Below, piece by piece: positions 59,222-64,000 of a stretch of 64,000 bases of DNA. Location of the stretch: contig CBDFMG010000005.1 in NCBI GenBank assembly GCA_965249485.1, forward strand, positions 64,001-128,000. Reading direction: 5' to 3'. The notes under the pieces are model-generated. The model saw only the letters and a list, made by a program, of their open reading frames with translations. It was not told where the DNA came from and searched no databases. The position numbers and the translations under genes were made by a program. The stretch is from a bacterium. Lineage in GTDB: Bacteria; SM23-31. Every line of letters starts with the position of its first letter. Within the stretch, counting starts at the first letter, position 1.

Positions 59222-61414
59222 CTAGCACCCGTGTCTTACCGCCCAGTCATGAGACCCAAACTCACTTGAATTGCAAAATGAAGTTATCACGTATCCGATT
59301 CCAGACTCCAAAAGATACTCGTTAAGATTCACGCCATTGCAGTGAATCACGCCGATTATTCTTTCATAGCTTCCCTGTGTCTGAAAATCATCCTCGTCTA
59401 CAATAACCTCAGAGCCTACAGGACAAATGCCTGCAACCAGATCCTTGGCATAAGGTCCTGCACTCTCAGACAGCTCAGGAGCTGACGCAAGTGCAAATCT
59501 GATATTCTGTCCGCCTGTTATCTTTATGGTATCACCGTCAATTATCCTCACCGCATGAGTCTCGATGCACCTTGCGTTTCCAATGCATGATGGCGCGGAC
59601 TGAATGTTGTCGTTTTCAGGTGGTGGTACTGCGTCTGGCTGCAGACTGCCACCAAGCGGTGACACAATCTCCAATGTCTCTGAATATGCAAATACTGGAA
59701 TTGTAAGAGTTCTATAATCAGACCTGGCATTATCTTCGGTGTGTTCTGTTTCTTTGCCGTCAAGATATACTACAAATGTAGTATCCTCTCCATTCTCACC
59801 ATCACGCGCATCCAAAACATCTCTTGGAATTCTTACAACCAGGTCAGCGTCAACTGCGTTCTCAGACTGGTCAAAAAACAGCACCACAGAATCGTCGTAC
59901 TTGAATGTCTCATGAATTATCCTACCTTGAATATCAAAGGATATCTGCTGGGCTTGCACATCATCTTCATCACCGCCGCCCGCATCGGAAGAAGAAGAAG
60001 TACCTGCCGTATTTTCTTTTCCTGTCTTCACTGCTGAGAGACTGTCAAAGTCAAATGACGTGGTCGCAGTTGCAGTGCCGTGATTTATTGTGGCTGACAT
60101 CTTGCCGATAATATCCCAACTGCTTGTGTTTACCTCTATATGGTATGTGCCGTCCTCGTCAATTGACACTGGAATTGATGAGAAAGGCATGCCTTCAATC
60201 TCTGTCTGAATTATAGCTGAAAATGAGTTTACAGATGTTCTGGATGCAATCCCATCAAAGCTGATTGTCTCGCCCCTTGTGTAAAAGTCCTTCTCAGTTG
60301 ATATGGAAAGTATCTCTGTGCTTGAGGCGGGGTTTGACGGATCCAGTTTTCTGTCAAGCCATTCCAAGAACTGCTCATACAGCTTGTCTGAATCAATGTC
60401 AAGTCCTGGAATTATGGAGCCTGCATTATCTGCATCGTTTTGTATTTGCGGAATATCCTCCTGCAGTTCCGGTGCGGTGGCTGGTTCTTTTGGGATTTTG
60501 TCTGGTGCTGCAGGATCTGTCTCTGGAATGTCTGGCACTGCCTGCTCTATCTTGCTTGTGTGAATCAGCTTGAACCAGAACTTATTGTCAACGTATGTGT
60601 CCCTTAGTATGATGGTGTCAGTTAACACCTTGCCCTCAAGTGGAAAAGCAATGCCATCTGCAATGCTTACCTCTACAATCGGCCTGTCTGATAGATACTT
60701 TACAGTATGAACTCCATTGTCATAAAACAGATTCTCGTACTGGTACTGCGGATGCTTTGAGGTCACAATCACTACAAAGTCTTTGTCGTGGCTTACCCAT
60801 TCCTCACCCACACGGATTATGGGGGGAATCTTATACACGTTTCCACTGCCGACAGATATCTTTCCGCCTATGAGCATTATTGTGTCGTATATCGAATCAG
60901 CATATCTGTTACCGGCAGGATGCGTTGTCTTTAACTCAAATCGGTCACTGGAAAGAAATGTGTAATGCTGTATGTTTGCAGGATCCGCATTTTTGGCATA
61001 CCTGATGTTCATCGAGTCCACATCAAAGTCGCCTGTCGCCTTTTGGTTTGTCCCAAGATATCCATACTCGTCAGGTGTTAGATATCCCAGAACCTCCTGA
61101 ATCCTTGCATTGACTATCCAGTATGATCCAAAGTCATCTGCGGTCTTTCCGGCAAACTCCAATGTCGCCTCATAGCACACTGCATTGGGTTTTGTAACGC
61201 ATATAAGATAACCGTACACATCGCCTTCTTCCAGTCCTTCCCCAAGACTCCATCTCGCATCATGCGCAATTATGTCTTCGGCCAGTCCGCCATATGCAGA
61301 CAGCAGTGATGACAGTGGCAGCAATAGCGCTATCAACATCATCAGCGATATACTCAGTGATGCCCGTCGTGATAGTGATGGCAGTTGTGGCATTAGCATT
61401 GACGGAAAACTCAT
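59222..61414 (-). CDS. Large secreted protein with C-terminal thermonuclease domain
   Basis: VRIIDGDTI...IRFALASAPE ... SYERIIGV; internal VRIPRDVLDA domain. Confidence 0.8.
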   Translation of the reverse strand: MSFPSMLMPQLPSLSRRASLSISLMMLIALLLPLSSLLSAYGGLAEDIIAHDARWSLGEGLEEGDVYGYLICVTKPNAVCYEATLEFAGKTADDFGSYWIVNARIQEVLGYLTPDEYGYLGTNQKATGDFDVDSMNIRYAKNADPANIQHYTFLSSDRFELKTTHPAGNRYADSIYDTIMLIGGKISVGSGNVYKIPPIIRVGEEWVSHDKDFVVIVTSKHPQYQYENLFYDNGVHTVKYLSDRPIVEVSIADGIAFPLEGKVLTDTIILRDTYVDNKFWFKLIHTSKIEQAVPDIPETDPAAPDKIPKEPATAPELQEDIPQIQNDADNAGSIIPGLDIDSDKLYEQFLEWLDRKLDPSNPASSTEILSISTEKDFYTRGETISFDGIASRTSVNSFSAIIQTEIEGMPFSSIPVSIDEDGTYHIEVNTSSWDIIGKMSATINHGTATATTSFDFDSLSAVKTGKENTAGTSSSSDAGGGDEDDVQAQQISFDIQGRIIHETFKYDDSVVLFFDQSENAVDADLVVRIPRDVLDARDGENGEDTTFVVYLDGKETEHTEDNARSDYRTLTIPVFAYSETLEIVSPLGGSLQPDAVPPPENDNIQSAPSCIGNARCIETHAVRIIDGDTIKITGGQNIRFALASAPELSESAGPYAKDLVAGICPVGSEVIVDEDDFQTQGSYERIIGVIHCNGVNLNEYLLESGIGYVITSFCNSSEFGSHDWAVRHGC

Positions 61415-62109
61415 TGAATCACCTTGAAAACAATCTCTCTTTTAGTTAATACAGGACCTGTGGTGCCATCTGGAAGTACCTCACACACTGCAACTGTCTT
61501 GCTTCCGGCACATTCGTCAGGATCAAGGATTGCAGTCACCAGTCCTGCCGATGAAGATATTGTAGTTGTTACTGGCGTATCGTCAAGTAAGATTCTCACC
61601 TTTTGTTTTATGACAAGCCCCGTTCTGGTTTTTAACTTAATATCTATTGTCACTGGAGAGTTTGGTTCGACATTTACAGTCATTGGCTCTATTACATCTG
61701 GCTTGCTTGCAATGATCTTCTGCCCTGTTGCCTTTCCAAGCATCTTTGATGACTTGCCAAATACCTTTGACTTTGTCTTTGTCTTTTTTGGATCTTTTTT
61801 GCCGTACAGTCCAACCGTTCCCTTGAGGTATGCATACAGTCGTCCCTCATACGATATTACGGGAGGGCGAATCATTGCAAATAATATTACTATTATGAAC
61901 GCGGCTGCGCCATACGAGATATTGCCTGTTGCCTGCATTGTGCCAAACAAAAGTGGCAGCCCGACACCAAACATGATGATTGACTGGTGACCGTTGATGA
62001 ATCCGATAACCGGAAGTGTGATGATGGCCTGTGACAGTGATGTTGATTTCCAAAACCAAAACATCTTAAATTCTGTGTAACTCAATGTATGGAAATAATC
62101 CATTTGCAT
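61411..62109 (-). CDS. Membrane protein, possibly a PrgI/VirB3-like transfer component
   Basis: Two TM helices followed by a basic cytoplasmic region; near the operon start. Confidence 0.5.
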   Translation of the reverse strand: MQMDYFHTLSYTEFKMFWFWKSTSLSQAIITLPVIGFINGHQSIIMFGVGLPLLFGTMQATGNISYGAAAFIIVILFAMIRPPVISYEGRLYAYLKGTVGLYGKKDPKKTKTKSKVFGKSSKMLGKATGQKIIASKPDVIEPMTVNVEPNSPVTIDIKLKTRTGLVIKQKVRILLDDTPVTTTISSSAGLVTAILDPDECAGSKTVAVCEVLPDGTTGPVLTKREIVFKVIQ

Positions 62110-62158
62110 TTAAGCACTGTTGGCGGGAGATCCTATGCCGTTCACGGGTGGGTGGCAC

Positions 62159-62395
62159 TCAATTGTATGGGATTTTGCTTAGAATTTCAGGTACGAGCAG
62201 TATCGGCAGCAAGTGAATTGGCACCCACACTGCAAGTGGCAGCCATATTGATGTGATCAGGTGCTTTTTTGCCTTTGCCCTGTTGGTCTTTTTATGAATC
62301 GCATAGCATACAAGACCTGAGACAAACCAGAAAAATATGTGTCCAAAATACCACCACTTTGAGATCGTCTTTTCAGTGTCTTTTGTTTCCGTCAT
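62159..62395 (-). CDS. Small two-TM membrane protein
   Basis: SKWWY ... GLVCYAI ... KAKKHLI; similar to 4720-4953. Confidence 0.6.
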   Translation of the reverse strand: MTETKDTEKTISKWWYFGHIFFWFVSGLVCYAIHKKTNRAKAKKHLITSIWLPLAVWVPIHLLPILLVPEILSKIPYN

Positions 62396-62816
62396 TTTTC
62401 CTTATCATTGATATGATCTCTTTTGCGTCTTCTTTTGGTATTGCATTTATTATGCCGATTCTGTTTATGCCAAGCGATGTTGCCATTCCGGGTGCCGTGA
62501 TTTCTATGCTGGATGTGAACCTTCCCTGCACAAGGTTTGTCGTTGTGATTTTTTTGTACGGATAATACTCTACATGCTCGCGCCACCCAAAGAGCATCGG
62601 GTTTCTGATTATGATTTTTCTGTCTGTGGAAAATATTATGTTTGGTGTGATCGGGGAACCGCCAGGAAAGAACCTGTGTTGCCGTGCAACTATTCGGATA
62701 TGCTCACCTTCATCTAGCATGTGTACAATTTTGCGAATCTCCTCTATTTGTTTGGGGTCTTCGATGTGTGTGTATTTGCCGATGTTGTATTCTTTTTGAG
62801 GACGGCGTTTGAACAT
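62373..62816 (-). CDS. Bacterial-type PH domain protein
   Basis: LDEGEHI..VARQ ... IFSTDRKIIIRNP ... YPYKKIT. Confidence 0.75.
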   Translation of the reverse strand: MFKRRPQKEYNIGKYTHIEDPKQIEEIRKIVHMLDEGEHIRIVARQHRFFPGGSPITPNIIFSTDRKIIIRNPMLFGWREHVEYYPYKKITTTNLVQGRFTSSIEITAPGMATSLGINRIGIINAIPKEDAKEIISMIRKNDGNKRH

Positions 62817-62960
62817 CAGAATATCCTGCTTCCAATTCTGCTTGATTTTTCAAAGCACCTGTCTTGCAGACAGATGATTACGTTTTCTAGCATATCTGCA
62901 AAAAGGAAGACTGTATTTAAGGGGAATTCCTGTTAAATTGTAATCGTATTTTTGTATTTG

Positions 62961-63965
62961 ATGAAAGTCGAACTGCAGATTGAAAACGTGGTGACAAAGA
63001 CAGAGTGCTGCAAGACTTTTGATGTTGACGCGCTGGTAAAGTACAATGGGGCGTTTCGTGACATAGGTTTTCCTCCTGCAAAGTTTCGCTTCATGCGTCC
63101 CAAAAAACAAGTTACAGTCAACGTGTACAAGACAGGAAAGATAATCTGTCTTGGTGCAAAGTCAATAGAGAGGGCAATAGAGTACACAGAACGCATCATG
63201 AAAAAGCTTGACATTACGGACTCGTCAGAGATCACAGTAACGCGTGTAATGATGTCCGGACACTTTGTTGAAAAGGTGAACGTCTATAATGCAATACCTC
63301 TGATTGAAAAGGCAAGCAGATTCATAGGAATTGACTGCAACACAACAGGTCATGCTGCAGTAGTTGCCATACCTCATACAGGCAAAATACACAAGCTTGG
63401 AAAATCAGCCATTCATACGCATTCAAAATACAAGGCAGTTAGAAAGAAACTGCAAAGACAAGGAAAATTCTCACTGCTTAAAAAAATAAAAAACAAGGAA
63501 TCAAGAATTGTAAAAAACATCAATCACCACGTTTCAAAAAAGATTGTCTCAAAGAATCAGGGAATCGTTTTGGAAAACATCAAGGGAATCAGAAAACTCT
63601 ACAGAAAGGGAAACGGTCAAGGAAAAAAATATCGTGGAAGAATGAACTCCTGGAGCTACTACGAGCTACAGCGACAGATAGAGTATAAAGCTAAATGGGC
63701 TGGACTTCCAGTCCGATATGTAAGGGCAGTAGGAACATCATCAAAATGTGCGGTATGTGGAGTCAAGCTAATCTCCGAAGAGCACAGAAAGATGTGGTGT
63801 CCTAGTTGCAGAAATGTAGTTGATAGGGATATCAACGCAGCCAAAAATATCTTGGCTAGAGGGATGAGGTTCGTCCCCGACGGGTCACAAGTTGAAGCGG
63901 TGAAGCAGTCAAAAGATGCAGAGCAGATTGTGGTCAGTAAGTCTCCAATGATTCTCTACAATTGA
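62961..63965 (+). CDS. In-frame fusion of a TATA-binding protein domain and a TnpB RuvC/Zn-finger lobe
   Basis: TBP motifs IENVV, FP and VNVYKTGKIICLGAKS; TnpB motifs FIGID, IVLEN, TSSKCAVC..CPSC and DRDINAAKNI. Confidence 0.85.
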   Translation: MKVELQIENVVTKTECCKTFDVDALVKYNGAFRDIGFPPAKFRFMRPKKQVTVNVYKTGKIICLGAKSIERAIEYTERIMKKLDITDSSEITVTRVMMSGHFVEKVNVYNAIPLIEKASRFIGIDCNTTGHAAVVAIPHTGKIHKLGKSAIHTHSKYKAVRKKLQRQGKFSLLKKIKNKESRIVKNINHHVSKKIVSKNQGIVLENIKGIRKLYRKGNGQGKKYRGRMNSWSYYELQRQIEYKAKWAGLPVRYVRAVGTSSKCAVCGVKLISEEHRKMWCPSCRNVVDRDINAAKNILARGMRFVPDGSQVEAVKQSKDAEQIVVSKSPMILYN

Positions 63966-64000
63966 AGGATCTGACGAAGACTTTACAGAACCAAAAATAG

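Noticed and set aside
62961..63965. Cas12f/Cas14 CRISPR effector
   Set aside because: There is no array or cas1/cas2 in the window and the N-terminal part is TBP-like. Sequence beyond 64000 cannot be seen.
1..64000. tRNA/rRNA genes or att sites bounding the element
   Set aside because: None were recognisable by eye and no integrase is in the window, so the element boundaries remain undetermined.

Overview
The window looks archaeal, most likely Nitrososphaerota (Nitrosopumilaceae-like), judging from a CFI-box-CTERM-like tail, a PLKQ...ACVK domain, class III pilin signal peptides and TFB/TBP homologues. Most of it reads as a large integrative or conjugative element, and almost all genes are on the minus strand. 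(1) 5.6-22.3 kb is an array of phage/plasmid-type small genes. It is split into cassettes by five and a half copies of a ~295-bp hairpin-rich repeat, and each full copy encodes a 31-37 aa leader peptide coupled to the next gene. This resembles the establishment (leading) regions of bacterial conjugative elements and is the main candidate for an undescribed system. (2) 22.3-32 kb and 48.2-62.8 kb carry transfer, pilus and maintenance genes: a ParM-like actin, a prepilin peptidase, pilins, a TadC-like platform protein, a VirD4/TraD-like ATPase fused to a PD-(D/E)XK-like domain, a TFB-like protein and thermonuclease-domain surface proteins. (3) 32-48 kb is an AT-rich, IS-disrupted cargo block with two IS1111-type IS110 elements. 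Their downstream non-coding segment has a bridge-RNA layout whose predicted guides match a dispersed 47-bp palindromic IS6-like mini-element. (4) The window ends with an in-frame fusion of a TBP domain to a TnpB RuvC lobe. All calls come from reading motifs by eye; no database searches were run.
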